The notes under the pieces are model-generated. The model worked only from the letters and a program-made list of their open reading frames with translations, had not been told where the DNA came from and made no database searches. A DNA stretch of 62,848 bases, counting the filler, from Nemertoderma westbladi (taxonomy: Eukaryota; Animalia; Xenacoelomorpha), in assembly GCA_032718475.1 (NCBI GenBank). It is 3 parts of 3 records of this genome, joined end to end, with 100 filler letters (N's around TTAATTAATTAA, not from the genome) between each part and the next. Parts side by side here need not be neighbours in the genome. Positions count along the whole stretch, not along the records: positions 1 to 26,069 come from JAUCBJ010007927.1; 2 more parts are not named here. One strand, written 5' to 3'. Both the position numbers and the translations under genes were made by a program. Position 1 is the stretch's first letter; every line of letters begins with the position of its first letter. Shown here piece after piece: positions 1-13,700 of the stretch.

Positions 1-2850
1 CCAAGGATACATGATAATAACGTGACATTCTGGAAGGCACTGACTAACGGACAAGTGACCCGAGTGTGTGTAATTTGTGAGTTTATAGGCGAATGTTACT
101 ACTAAGGTGTGTTTACAGTAGCGAGTCGCAATTGTGAAAGTAACCCTAACTCTCCAGTAAGAACCTGAGGTGTATCTAAGCCTTTGGGACGGACAGTCGA
201 GTGACTTGTGCCGGTTGTCGTTGTCGTTGTGCGGCTACATCGTTGGCGAAAGTACAGCGGCGACGACACATCTGCGCTGAGGATCTCGCACTGTCCGGGG
301 GCTGATTGGGGTAGGCAGCGACGCTCGCTAGCCTAAATATAAACTCGTTATAATATTAACAAGCTGGCAAGCCTGGAGGGTTCACGGTCCTCCTACTTAA
401 TCAGTACAATAATAATACGTTTTCGTTCGGGTAGGCCTATGTTTCCTTTTCACTTGTTCCCATCGTAGGCGACCTCATGCTCATCCCACCACGACCACGA
501 CCACCAGTTACGAGTTGGGTAGGCGTCTACCGGCAACCGGTAAGTAATTACGCGCCACACGACGTCATCCCGCCATCCGCCAACATTTATACCGGTACGG
601 TAAGCCTACCACCTACCGGCTGGCTACCATCGCACCGTAGGTCTACCGCCTACGCCTACCGGTCAACCGGTAACGGTAGGCTACCGCGTACCGGTACAGC
701 GGTACTCAAAGTCGTACCGGTATTGTCGTAATTGACAAATGCAGGATTAAACCGTAACCCGTTCCGGTACCGGTACCATATGCATCTGAACGACTGGACG
801 GTTAATCTCATAGCATAGCTGCATAGGCCTACCGGTAGTCAGTGCGAAGTCGCCTGCGAACATGGCGAAATATTATATTCACTGCTAGGGCTAGGCTAGG
901 ACCTACCAGCCTACTGCTGTACTGACCTATGACAGTATGAAGATAGGCAGATAGGCCTACAGTGGTCAGGTAGTACCGGTCCGGTATGCCTACTACAGGC
1001 AGACAATCAGACAGTACTAGCAGTGCTAATTAATTACCTTAATTAAATCTTCAATTAGGTCATAATGTAGGTCCAAATTTAAAAATCGGCCTCCGTTAAT
1101 CGATTTAGAAATAATTCAGGTACCTCCATGCCAAATATCAGAATCATTCATTGCGTTCCCTATGACAAGATAGCTTTTTCCTAAACCATGCGAAAACACG
1201 CAAATATAGCGCTCACATCGCACAAATACCATCTCGACACCCAATTTTTTGTATGAGCCTTCGCCATCCCTATATCTAACTTTTGTCCAAATTTTGTTTC
1301 GATTGATTAATAAATAACTGAGATATCGCTCTGGACACACACACACACACACTAACACACACACACACACACACACACACATTACGGTAATAATGGTCAC
1401 TTATGTCAAAGACCGTGAACCAATAAACTCATATATAGCAGATATGACGGAGTTGATAGAAGATGGTCTTGGTATCAGGGAGCGATATACTCTACTTTCA
1501 AGCGTTTGTTGATAGCTTGATACGCGGTGATACTAGTCCAACTACTACGAAGGATGATGGTCATTATATCGAACCTACGATTTCCTGGAAGTAACTTACG
1601 CGTGAATTGGACTATGGAAAATTCACCGCTCGCTACACGCATTGTAATGGTATGTATATGGACTTCTTAACCATTGGCCATTCTATCGATTTACACGATA
1701 CGGACTATGTCGAACATATCCTACCCAGAGGAGTCGAAACGATAAACCAAAATTCTAATGCGAAAATCCTATTCGAAATCAACTCGAAAGAAAAGACATT
1801 AAAGAAACAAATAAACGCGGAAACTCCAACATATATTTGGAATTCTTGATAGAAGCATTGTAACAACAAATAAATATCACCCGCGTTTCTCCTTCAAGAC
1901 GTGCGTCTTTGGTATTATTACGATAAATGCCCTAGACCCAGCCAATAAACGGAAAGACATAAACATCCACGGAAACGTTGTGTTAAACACAGTTGTGTTC
2001 GTTATATTTACTGGAGTTTCGAGCGAAACTTGTTTGACGTATCACCTATGCTCACTCGGCTCGAACGATCCTGGAGTAAACCTACGATCAGAGTCCCGGA
2101 ATACTCGGTCAAACCTCCTCATTCCTTAGTTGGACCTCAGACCTGCGATCCTGGTAGTGTCGCGGATCCTCGCGGACTGTATTCACTGTTCAAAGATCTA
2201 GTGCTACCCTAACAATTAATCGGTAACACTCCGACAGTGATTTCTAGCTAGCCGCCCATCTTACCTAGCCGGATTGTGACGCGGACACCTAATATCACTA
2301 TCCAACCGTATGGTCGTCCCCGTTTAACGCGATACAACCCTTCATCAAGGTGAAGGAGAGCGTTGTACGAAACGAGTTAAACGTTATTCTATAAAGATCA
2401 AAAAAGAAATCTGCGTTTGTTCAGATAAACGTAAGTTATAACAGTAAGTCCAATCGATAAACGAATTAGCCTTATTTCAGTTCGATTGGGAAATCTCGAA
2501 TCTCTAAGAAGATATCAAGCTTAGAAAACCCTATTCTCTGCGAGAGTTTTGGACGAACGTATCCCATGACAAACGGAGGAAAATCAGCTCGAGGAGAAGC
2601 ATATCGAACTGGACGAGACACCGACCGTAAACCCAAACCTTCTAATGCAATTGTATTGCACCCTTTACCCAGGAGTTGTAGCCTTCCTAGTAAAGTGGCT
2701 CGCCCCAAAGAGAAAAGGACTCTGGCTAGCCTCGGGAAACTGCGTAAACGCCGTCCGCGCAAAGAAAACTAACTGTTTAGAGTATCTTTATGTTTTAGAA
2801 ACTGTGATTTTTATATTTTATAGACTGAAAATCCCATTTTCTGGGAGCGG

Positions 2851-4058
2851 TGTAAAAGCTTTTGCTGAATTGCCCGGTTATTTTTCCTTATTTTTCCCGT
2901 AAAATACTCTGTAGTTGGTTTAATAGGCGTAAGAGGCCGTATTATTGCTGTATCGGTGTTTTTAGAGGATCTAAGAGCTATTTCTTCCGTATGTGTACTG
3001 TGGAAGGCATAGTTGATGATTCTATGGCAATTCCGTGACGCAAAAGGGGATAGCTACTCTTGAACAGTAGTTACTATGACGACGGTTAACAGCTGATATT
3101 CATACGTGTCGATTTTCTTTGTTCTACGGCATCTCTCAGTTCAGTCAACCAATCAGAGCGTTTTTACTGTTCTTGTACAGAAATTTCCTAGAAATCACGC
3201 AATGCTGTATGGGCTGTGTTATCATTCTGTCCTGAGCCAGGAAGAGCGGCTTTGGAATATTTTGTGCTTTTCTGCTTTAGCCTAACATTAGTAGGCTTAA
3301 TTATAAGGACATATATCCGTTATCTCAACTCACACTTAATATCACACTGGTTATCACTGGTTAACTGGCCCATACTGTGCAACTTAACTTAACATTACTG
3401 CTTTGCTGCCGGTTATTCATTATATTTGTTGATGAATTATTATATTTGGAATAACGAGAAATAACCCCGAAACCCAATATTCTTGATATACCGAAGGTAA
3501 GAGAGAAAGGTTACATATAACGATTGCGACTTATGTTAAAGTGGTTTGAAGTGAATCTAATGTTATTTGATAGACCCTACATGAGTCGGTCTGTGTTCCT
3601 TTTATATGTGACTAAAATCAGTGAAGATCGGCAGATTAGTGTGCAGTATTGTGCAGCATTGTGTATGAGTGAGACTGATAACGAAGCATTTCCTAAAGAA
3701 TGCGCCATATATGTGAATTGTAACTAAGCCATATCGTTGTGAGTAGTTTAAGTCATAACTCTGTTTATATAGATAGAGCGCCACGTCCTAAAGGAACTGT
3801 TAATATTCCCCGAAGGTGAATAATATTGTCAGAGATTATATAATACTGTCAGTCGAATAATACATTAGGCTTACATAGCAATACGATTAAGCCCTCGAAG
3901 TCAATCTCCCGGGTATATCCAACGGGTGAATGATCGCGCACAGATTGGTTTCAACTAGTGTAGTGAATCAAATACTTGTTAGAGGCTAAAGCGATTTATT
4001 ATCTAGAAGACATCCTAATTTGGCGGGTTAAACTGCCAAAGGTCTGAAAGCGCGAACA
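2851..4058 (+). mobile_element. LTR (1.2 kb), diverged copy, probably the 3' LTR of a degenerate LTR retrotransposon
   Basis: Starts TGTAAAAGCTT and ends AAAGCGCGAACA; clearly similar to 26170-27063 and to the reverse complement of 29092-30322. Preceded by purine-rich GGGAGCGG (PPT-like). Flanks differ, so no TSD. Confidence 0.7.
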
Positions 4059-5537
4059 CCATTGTATTCACATTACATTGATAGATTGGTCTGTGTAAGT
4101 GCCGCTCAACTAGTTGGAGTGCTCTGGTGTAATGGTTCTCTACGTGGGTGTATCTCTAGGTAGACGTCAGCATTGAAGGCTTCAAGTCTCCCTCACATTC
4201 AGGCGTCATGTCTCCCCACATGGGTTTTTTTGATATTAATTGATATAATTTCAAAATGGCTGAACCAAAACTGGAAAACAATATATGGCAGTATAATGCA
4301 ATAATTAGTCAACACATGCTGTGAATTACAATTAACATACAGTAAAATAAGGATGCGATATTTCATTCGTTGTAAAGGGCAAAAATTTACTTTTGAACCC
4401 AGAAAACGTCTATTGACAATAAAACAAAAATAACCAAAAGGTAATAAAACACTGTTTCGCGGGTGTAGCCAACATGTATTTTACACATTTTTGTGTGGTA
4501 TTGTTAAATAATTTACAATAGTTTTTGAGTTATTAAAAAAAATCAAGTCTCCCCTAAAGTCAAGTCTCCCTCACTCACCCTAATGTTAAATGTGCCAGCT
4601 GGAATTACTGTGACGTCATACACATTAAACAGACAAACACTACATTTTAAAATGATTTTTCCCATGCTAACTAAAAAAACGTGTTTTATACAAAAAAACA
4701 ACCCTCACCCCCCAACACTCGATTTAGGGCACTGTAAGAAACGTTTTATTAACCCAGATGGTGGGGTGGGGGGGGGGGGGGGGGGGGGGAACTTTTGACC
4801 AAATTTACCCACCCACAGGGGAAAATCAACTCAAATATCAGCTGATTACTCCCAAAATTAAAACTGTAACCTGTTCTATTGACTTTCATTTATTGTGTTG
4901 GTTATAATAACATGTCACTGTAACCTGCATCTTTCACTTTATTGATAATTTAACATTGGGTTGAGATATTAATTCGTTAAGATGGGATTTGCGTCAAGTT
5001 AAGTACTTAAGATAGGTGATGCCAATCCCAAGGTACCACTGTACCAGTAATTGGCAAAAATTTGAGAAGCAAAGCTTCGATTTATCTTCCAATGGCAATG
5101 ATTAAGGCTACAGAATTATGGCGCAAACAGCTATCGCAATACAGCTATAGTCACTTAAGCTCTGGTGACAAGGCAAATAAAGGCTCCATAAATAAGTAAG
5201 TACAACCTGGAAAATCCGGCCGGATATCCGATCCGGACCGGATGCAAGAAGTGCTATCCGGTGCACCCCTATTCTCATTGATGTGATATTTAAGTGGCAC
5301 TTTTTAATGTCCATTGAAATCTTCCCATAGAAATTGCTTTTTCAATACTTGGCATTTTTTGAAGTTTTCCTTTTCAATTTCGTGAACAGCAGAAACCAAT
5401 TAATTAAACACAAACCAATTAGGGCTAAACGACTTATTACAAAGGGGCAATTGTATTTAATTGTATTTAAACCACTGCATTCATCAGGTTTTATGCCTCA
5501 TCAAAACGTAATTCCGTTAAAAAGAATTAGCGCAGTT

Positions 5538-6345
5538 ACTACTACTAGGTCAAGCGAACTCGGACAGTGGAAATGAGATCCTTCCAGGCTTCCCGATTCT
5601 CCATAGTTGTCGCAATTTCGTTTCTCCAAACTTCAGTGTCCCTTTCAAGTTGATCTATATATGTTATGGCCGGTCGTCCACGACTACGCTTTCCATGAGT
5701 TGGTTGCCAGAGAAGTAGATCTGGTATGAAGACCTCGTCTTTACTTCGCCAGCAGTGCCCACTGAATCTTAATCTGCTTTCATGGAGGGTGGTTGATACA
5801 GGTGGTATTGTACCATAAAGCTCGGCATTTGTCATGTGTTGTCTCCAGTTGATGTTTAGGGCTGCCCTTAGTAGTCTTGTGTAGCAACCATCAATTCATT
5901 GTTCAAGTGATTTAGTCAGTGTCCAGGTCTCACCCCCGTATAAAAATACACTTTCCACTGTGGCTCGAAAGAACTTAGTCTTCAGTTGCCTGGAGAGATC
6001 TGATTTCCAGATGGTATCCATTCTTTCCTAACTTCTATGTCCTTTTTGCTACTCTCTATCCATGATCCAAGGTACTGGAAGTCATCGACCTTCCTTAGTT
6101 GATTAGTATCAATGGTTGTCAAGTTTCCATCACCATTAAAGGTCATGAATTCGGTCTTTGTAGCATTTATATGCAATCCAACCTCCTTAGCAGCCCTCTC
6201 CACTTTATTTAGTAGAAGCTGTGCATCTGCTAGCGTATTAGAGAGCAGGGCGATGTCATCCGCAAAGTCGGTGTCTGTGACTGTAGTTGCCGGATATCTA
6301 CTACTTCTGCGTTCTTGAAGTGTGAATCCCAGATCTCCACCCTTT
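5538..6345 (-). mobile_element. 5'-truncated, frameshifted RTE-clade LINE (RT C-terminal part), a different subfamily from the 22074 copy
   Basis: Minus-strand motifs TDTDFADDIALL, GLHINATKTEFM, DFQYLGS, RLRFSGHCWR, RGRPAITYIDQL; (TAG)n-type tail at ~5538-5547. Confidence 0.85.
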
Positions 6346-6721
6346 ATGAAGCGCAGTTAATTCAGATATATTACGCATATTCCTCCCAACATCACTGTTA
6401 GACATGGAGCATATCTTCTGCCAGAAGATATGCTACATGTCTAACGCCATTGTTAAACACCCTTAAAAAATCAATTTCCATTTTTATTGCTCGTTGGCCT
6501 TCCCCATGTTGGCTGAACACAATACAGTATATATATATATATGTAAGGTTGATGCACTACAATACGAAGTTATAGTTGTTTTAAAAAAATTCTAATGAGA
6601 GGGTACCCCCCACTTAAAATCAGCATCCCTGAAAACATGAATAACCTGAAAATCAATGTATTTATTTGATCAGTTACAAATATAGTTCAGTACAAATACA
6701 ACAATTTTATTACCGGTAACT

Positions 6722-8231
6722 TTAAGATTTATGAACAGAATTTAAATGGGTATTTAGATTACCTTTATGATTGAATTCTTTACTACAATAACCGCATTTA
6801 TGTTTTATTTCCTTATGTATAGAGTCGAAATGTTGTTTTAGTACGGCTTTTCTAGCAAATGATTTTCCACAATCAAAACAGTTGTACTTGATATCTTTAT
6901 GTATAGAATCGATATGTTTTTTTAGGTCGTCTTTGTAACTGAATTCTTTATGACAATAACCGCACTTATGTTTGATATCTTTATGTTTAGAGTCAACATG
7001 TTTTTTTATTTCGCCTTTTGTAGCAAATGACTTTCCACAATCAAAACAGTTGTACTTGATATCTTTATGTATAAAGTCGACATGTAGTTTTAGGTGGTGT
7101 TTGTAACTGAATTCTTTATGACAATAACCGCACTTATATTTGATATCTTTATGTATAGAGTCGACATGTCGTTTTAGTTCGGCTTTTGTAGCAAATGATT
7201 TTCCACAATCGGAGCAGCTATACTTGATGATACCTTTGTGGGCAAAGTCAACGTGGGTGTTTAGACTTATTTGCTGGCTGAATTCTTTATGACAATAACC
7301 GCACTTATATTTGATATCTTTATGTATAGAGTCGACATGTCGTTTTAGTTCGGCTTTTGTAGCAAATGATTTTCCACAATCGGAGCAGCTATACTTGATG
7401 ATACCTTTGTGGGCAAAGTCAACGTGGGTGTTTAGACTTATTTGCTGGCTGAATTCTTTATGACAATAATCGCACTTATGTTTGATATGTTTATGTATAG
7501 AGTCGACATGTTGTTTTATTTTGCCTTTTGTAGCAAATGACTTTCCACAATCCGAGCAGCTATTCTTGATGATACCTTTGTGGGCAAAGTCAACGTGGGT
7601 GTTTAGATCTCCTTTGCTGGCTGAATTCTTTATTACAATAATCGCACTTATATTTTATACCTTTATGGATACCGTCAACATGCTTCTTTACATAATTTTT
7701 TCTTTTAAACACTTTCTCACAATAATCGCATTTATACTTATTCTTGACGTCTTTATGAACGGATTCTATATGTCTCTCTAAAAGTTCTTTGTTATTAAAT
7801 AATTCATTGCAATGCAAACAGGAACTGGTGTCTGAAGAAGATACCAACTCCCCAACAGTTTCATTAGAACTACCTGACTCTGTTGTTGCACAACTGATTG
7901 TCGGTTCTGTAACTTCAGCTCCAATAGGCCTACCATACGAACAGTCTGGATTGTTGTTTTCCCGTTTTTCAACAATAAAAGAATCTCCAGATGGTTCATA
8001 AGAAATATCTTCGTCATCTAGTAAAGGGACAACATCTACTCTACCGAACAAATTGTTGTGATCTTCGATGGGAGATGATCCGTAAACGCAGTTCTCTTGT
8101 TTGACATCAAGATAATAGGGGGTGGAGTCTGTTGGTTCTCTCTTTATAATTATACAGTCTGTATGTTCGTTCTTTATAACTATACCGGCGCCAGACGATT
8201 TCTTTTTCAATAAATTAATATGTTGATCCAT
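6722..8231 (-). CDS. Intronless tandem C2H2 zinc-finger protein (about 13 fingers) with one +1 frameshift near 7610 (pseudogene or sequencing error)
   Basis: ORF 7590-8231 holds the first CxxC...H...H fingers. Manual translation in the shifted frame continues without stops through alternating KCxYCxKEF and xCxDCGKSF fingers to TAA at 6722-6724; span 1510 nt = 3n+1. Confidence 0.85.
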
Positions 8232-10484
8232 TATGAATAAATATTAATCAATAAATTAAATACAGTTTACAGTATTTCAAGCTATCTCTAGCCTCATTCT
8301 TAACATAAATAGTTGATATAACATAAGGGCGTTCCAAAGTTGCCTGTCAGCCTGTACCGAAACGGAATTGGGCAGGTTATAGTGACAGTGACAAGCAAAT
8401 GGAACCAAAAGAAAACTATCAATACGGTACATCAATATTCACTATCCGCTTAGAGTAGTAGTTTGAATTATGGTTAAATCTGACCACGATACGTAGTATT
8501 TGGGAGATTCGTAGGACCGAGCGATGATGCAAAACATGCAACTTTAGAACGCCAACATCTCGGCAATTTCTTGATAGCATTCAAATGTTTTCACAGAGTT
8601 TAGAAATATTATTCACCCACAATAAAATAGTAGCAACACCAGGTTTCATTAAACGGTTATAACAAAAGGTTCATACCGGTATGTGACAGGGAAGAGGATA
8701 CATTGAAACGGAGTTGCAAGGCTCCAGGGCCAAACCAGCAAACGGTAATTTAAAATATATAAAGAAAATATATAATTAATTTTAAATATGATTGTTAACA
8801 TTTTCACGTTTGAAACTTATCTCCTTGCTCCAGGTATTGTTTGGTAGATATATATTTTTCTATAAATATATAATAATAATAAGAAGACTGGTACAAGACT
8901 GACATAATTTCTGAACTAATCAGGTACCAGTACGGTTCTAAATTACAGGTTTAAGGATATTTACTAAATATGTTATTAGTATTGGTGATTCATTTAAAGC
9001 AACAGTGTGCTCGGATGTACTGGGAGTGGGAACTACGTACGGTCGCGGTTGTATGAAACTACAAAAGTTCCTATGCAGTAAACTTCGCCCGCGTCCAATC
9101 TTCGCCGGACAAAGTCTTTGGAACTTAATGGATTAACTACCTAATACTTAAGGGCACGTGAATTCCAGACTTGTATAACTGCCTGTATAACTCTGTATAT
9201 CAGACAATATGTCCGTCTGTCTGTCGAAATTTAGGAAAGGACACGACCTCGCTAACATTTTGGTTGAAGGGGTTGTCCTTGTCGGTGATTCCATTTCTGA
9301 TGTTAGTATTCACATATAATGGCTTTGTGTTGGTCTGTACTCTGTATACGTGATGGTCTGTCCGTCAAAACATAACAGACCTAGACAAACAGCCAGATAG
9401 ACCACCTACAATGCTTTAACCGTTAAAACAGACATCAGAAATGGAATCATAGACCAGGAAAACCTCTACAACACCATTTTTAGTTGTGTAACGTATTTCA
9501 TTCATTATTTTTGACTGACAGACAGGCATACAGACTGACAGACATGCAGGCAGGCAGAAAGAGAGACAATCAAGAATGGATGAAACATTGAAACTGACCG
9601 TAATGTGATCACTAAACAGGAAAAATCCTAGCTAAAATTGTACAATGCATGTGTTTCATTAATTTTGTCAGACTAACCGACTGACAGACAGACCAGACGA
9701 CAGCTATAACTCAAGAACTAAGAGATATCGCTATGACGTTTTCAGTTTTGAAATCAACCTTAAATTTTGATCCAGAATTAAAAAATCAATTTGTATCACA
9801 AACACGCGCCTTTAAATAATAACTCAAAGTTATCCTGTAGCTAATTATGAAACTGTGACCTGTTCTATGACACCCGTTCATTGTTTTGGTTATAGTTACA
9901 AGCCTCTGTAAGAGTAAACCTGCTCCGGGATACGCTAATTAGCAGGTAAACATTGTTTGCGGGCGATGGGCGAAGGTGTTTCCAGGCTGCACCCAATGCC
10001 AACACTAAAAGATGCTATCGCAGTGGGATAAACTATAAAGGTACGGTCAATCATGTTACACAACAAATGAGAGATTGTGGGCGTTCTAGGTTAGGAAAAC
10101 AACAATGAAAATAAATTATCAGCAGGATATATTTAATTTATTTATTGCTTAGAATCAACAAGCCTAAATCTGTAAATGTACTCCTATGAAATCATAGAGA
10201 CACAGGGAAAACACTGCAAACCTTCGGTAAGCAGTGAAAAATTGATCAACAGGAAAACAAGGATAGTGCTGAGCATTGATGAATTACTATCCCACAGCTG
10301 GGAACCGATTGAAGCCACAATGACAGAATATCTTTCTTTCAGTTTCTTTCTTTACAATGACATCCAGTCCCAGTCAGCCAGTACCGTCTGACCGTACCGT
10401 AGTAACCAAAATAATAAAAATGATTTGGTGATTTGTGCGTTTAAACTGCTGGATATGCTGATATGTTACTACTGTACTACTACT

Positions 10485-10774
10485 AGTATCGGCATGCTGC
10501 ATTGCAGATGCATTTTTAAGAATGCTGTGCCGGCTTGTCGACAAAATTGCGCCGCCACAACTCCCTATCACCCATGACATTTGCTAGATCATCCGCATCT
10601 TCAAGACCAGTGTCCTTTAAGATGCGTCTCAAGAAAGTCATGGGCTGTCCACCATGCTTATTCACTCCATGAGGCTGCCAAAGTACAAGATTACGCACTG
10701 GCTGGCCTCACCTCACGGCGAAAGCAATGTCCTGCAAAGCAAGCGGAGGCGATTTTGTTCTATTGTCAAGCTTG
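10485..10774 (-). mobile_element. RTE LINE 3' end, split from its continuation at 15683 by a foldback insertion
   Basis: Near-identical to 22074-22358; (TAG)n tail; ends at the CAAGCTTG target duplication. Confidence 0.9.
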
Positions 10775-13700
10775 CAATAGTATCTACATCATTGTCCAGA
10801 ATAGGGTGTTTCCCTTCACTTCTATGGGGCTTTCTATTATTCCTACCTGTCCCAAATACGTTGTGTAATGATTTCCAACCTGTCCAATATAGGGGCATCC
10901 AATCAAATCATCATATGAGCCAAGTCCTCTTCATCGGACCAATACCAACATTCCTCAAGTTAGGCATCTCCCTTATTGGCTATATAATGTAAAGGTTAAT
11001 GGAAAATTCCACTGATATATAATCCAAGTGTCAACTACGAATCCAGGGCTTATTATAACAACCTATACTGGACAGAGCAACGTATGTGGGACAAGAGCTG
11101 GTTGAGGTATATGTACAGTGGAAATTCCCATTCTAATTAAGGGCATTTGGAATACTTGTTCCCTAGTTATGGTTAAAGATATACTGTGGGTGCCTTGCAA
11201 ATGGCCTGTAAGACTGTGATGCATTATAGGCTATAGTGTCATCATAGTCACGTTATTTAATTTCATGTTGTACAATTTATTCATATTGTGCAATTTATTC
11301 ATGTTGTGCAATCTTTTCATTGTGCAATTTATTCATTGTGCAATTTATTCATGTGGTGCAATTTATTCACTTATAATAAATCTAAATACATTCTTATATT
11401 AATAATTAAATGACAATCAAATTAGTGATATCGCAACCTCCTCCCCCGGACACAACTTCATCACAAATAGTCCTTAATAAGTCTTAAATTTGACTCAAAT
11501 AGGTTGTTAGTGTCCCATATAGGGTGTTTGTGTCCCATATAAGGTTGATTTTGTCCAAAATAGCCTGTAGCTTTATCAAAATTATTTCAAATAGTTTATA
11601 AATGTAAAGGAATACTGAAAAGAATATAGAATTCACTATCATAGCTTTCATTTAAATTTGTCCCAAATAGGTTGTTTGTGTCCCATATAGGGTGTTTGTG
11701 TCCCAAATAGCGTGTGACTTTCTCAAAATGATTTTAAATAGTTTCTAAATCTCATGGAATACTCAAAAGAATATAGAATCCACTACTATAGCTTAAATTT
11801 CAATTTTTCCCAAATAGGTTGTTTTTGACCCATATAAGGGTGTTTGTGTCCCGTATAGGGTGTGGATTGCTTATAATGATTTCAAATATATTTTCTAAAT
11901 GTAACGGAATACTCAAAAGAATATAGAATCCACTATCATAGCTTTAATTTAAATTTGTCCCAAATAGGTTGTTTATGTCCCATATAGGGTGTTTGTGTCC
12001 CATATAGGGTGTTTGAGCCCCGTATAGCGTCTGTATTGCTTATAATGATTACAAATAGTTTCTAAATGTAGGGCAATACTCAAAAGAATATAGAATTCAA
12101 TACCATAGCTTTAATTTTAATTTGTCCCAAATATGTTGTTTTTGGCCCATATAGGGTGTTTATGTCCCGTATAGGGTGTTTGTGTCCCAAATAGCGTGTG
12201 ACTTTCTCAAAATGATTATAAATAGTTTCTAAATTTCATGGAATACTCAAAAGAATATAGAACTCACTACTATAGCTTTAATTTCAATTTGTCCCAAATA
12301 GGTTGTTTTTGTCCCATATAGGCTGTTTGTGTCCCGTATAGGGTGTGAATTGCTTATAATGATTTCAAATATATTTTCTAAATGTAATGGAATACTCAAA
12401 AGAATATAGAATCCACTATCATAGCTTTAATTTAAATTTATCCCAAATAGGTTGTTTATGTCCCATATAGGGTGTTTGTGTCCCATATAGGGTGTTTGTG
12501 TCCCGTATAGCGTGTGTATTGCTTATAATGATTTCAAATAGTTTCTAAATGTAGGGGAATACTCAAAAGAATATGGAATTCAATACCATAGCTTTAATTT
12601 CAATTAGTCCCAAATAGGTTGTTTTTGGCCCATATAGAGTGTTTATGTCCCGTATAGGGTGTTTGTGTCCCAAATAGCGTGTGACTTTCTCAAAATAATT
12701 TTAGATAGTTTCTAAATCTCATGGAATACTCAAAAGAATATAGAATCCACTATCATAGCTTTAATTTATATTTGTCCCAAATAGGTTGTTTATGTCCCAT
12801 ATAGGGTGTGTGTGTCCCAAATTGCGTATGACTTTCTCAAAATGATTTTACATAGTTTATAAAGGAAAAAATATTTTTTTTATTATTCCATTATATTTAT
12901 AAACTATTACACTAACACCCTATTTGGGATAAAAACAACCTATTTGGGACAAATTTAAATTAAAGCTATGATAGTGAATTATATTTTCCTCTGAGTATTC
13001 CATTATATTTATGAACTATGTAAAATCATTTTGAGAAAGCCACACGCTATTTGGGACACAAACACCCTATGGGACATAAACAACCTATTTGGGACAAATT
13101 TAAATTAAAGCTAGGATAGTGAATTCTATATTCTTTTGAGTATTCCATGAGATTTAGAAACTATTTAAAATCATTTTGAGAAAGTCACACGCTATTTGGG
13201 ACACAAACACCCTATATGGGACACAAACACCCTTTATGGGACATATACAACCTATTTGGGACAAATTTAAATTAAAGCTAGGATAGTGAATTCTATATTC
13301 TTTTAAGTATTCCATTACATTTTGAAACTATTTGAAATCATTATAAGCACTTCACACCCTATAAGGGACACAAACACCCTATATGGGACACAAACAACCT
13401 ATTTGGGACAAATTTAAATTAAAGCTATGATAGTGGATTCTATTTTCTTTTGAGTATTTCCATTATATTTATAAACTATGTAAAATAATTTTGAGAAAGT
13501 CATACGCTATTTGGCACACAAACACCCTATATGGGACAAAAACAACCTATTTGGGACAAATTTAAATTAAAGCTATGATAGTAAATTATATTTTCTTTTG
13601 AGTATTCCATTATATTTATAAACTATGTAAAATAATTTTGAGAAAGTCACACGCTATTTGGGACACAAACACCCTATATGGGACACAAACACCCTATATG

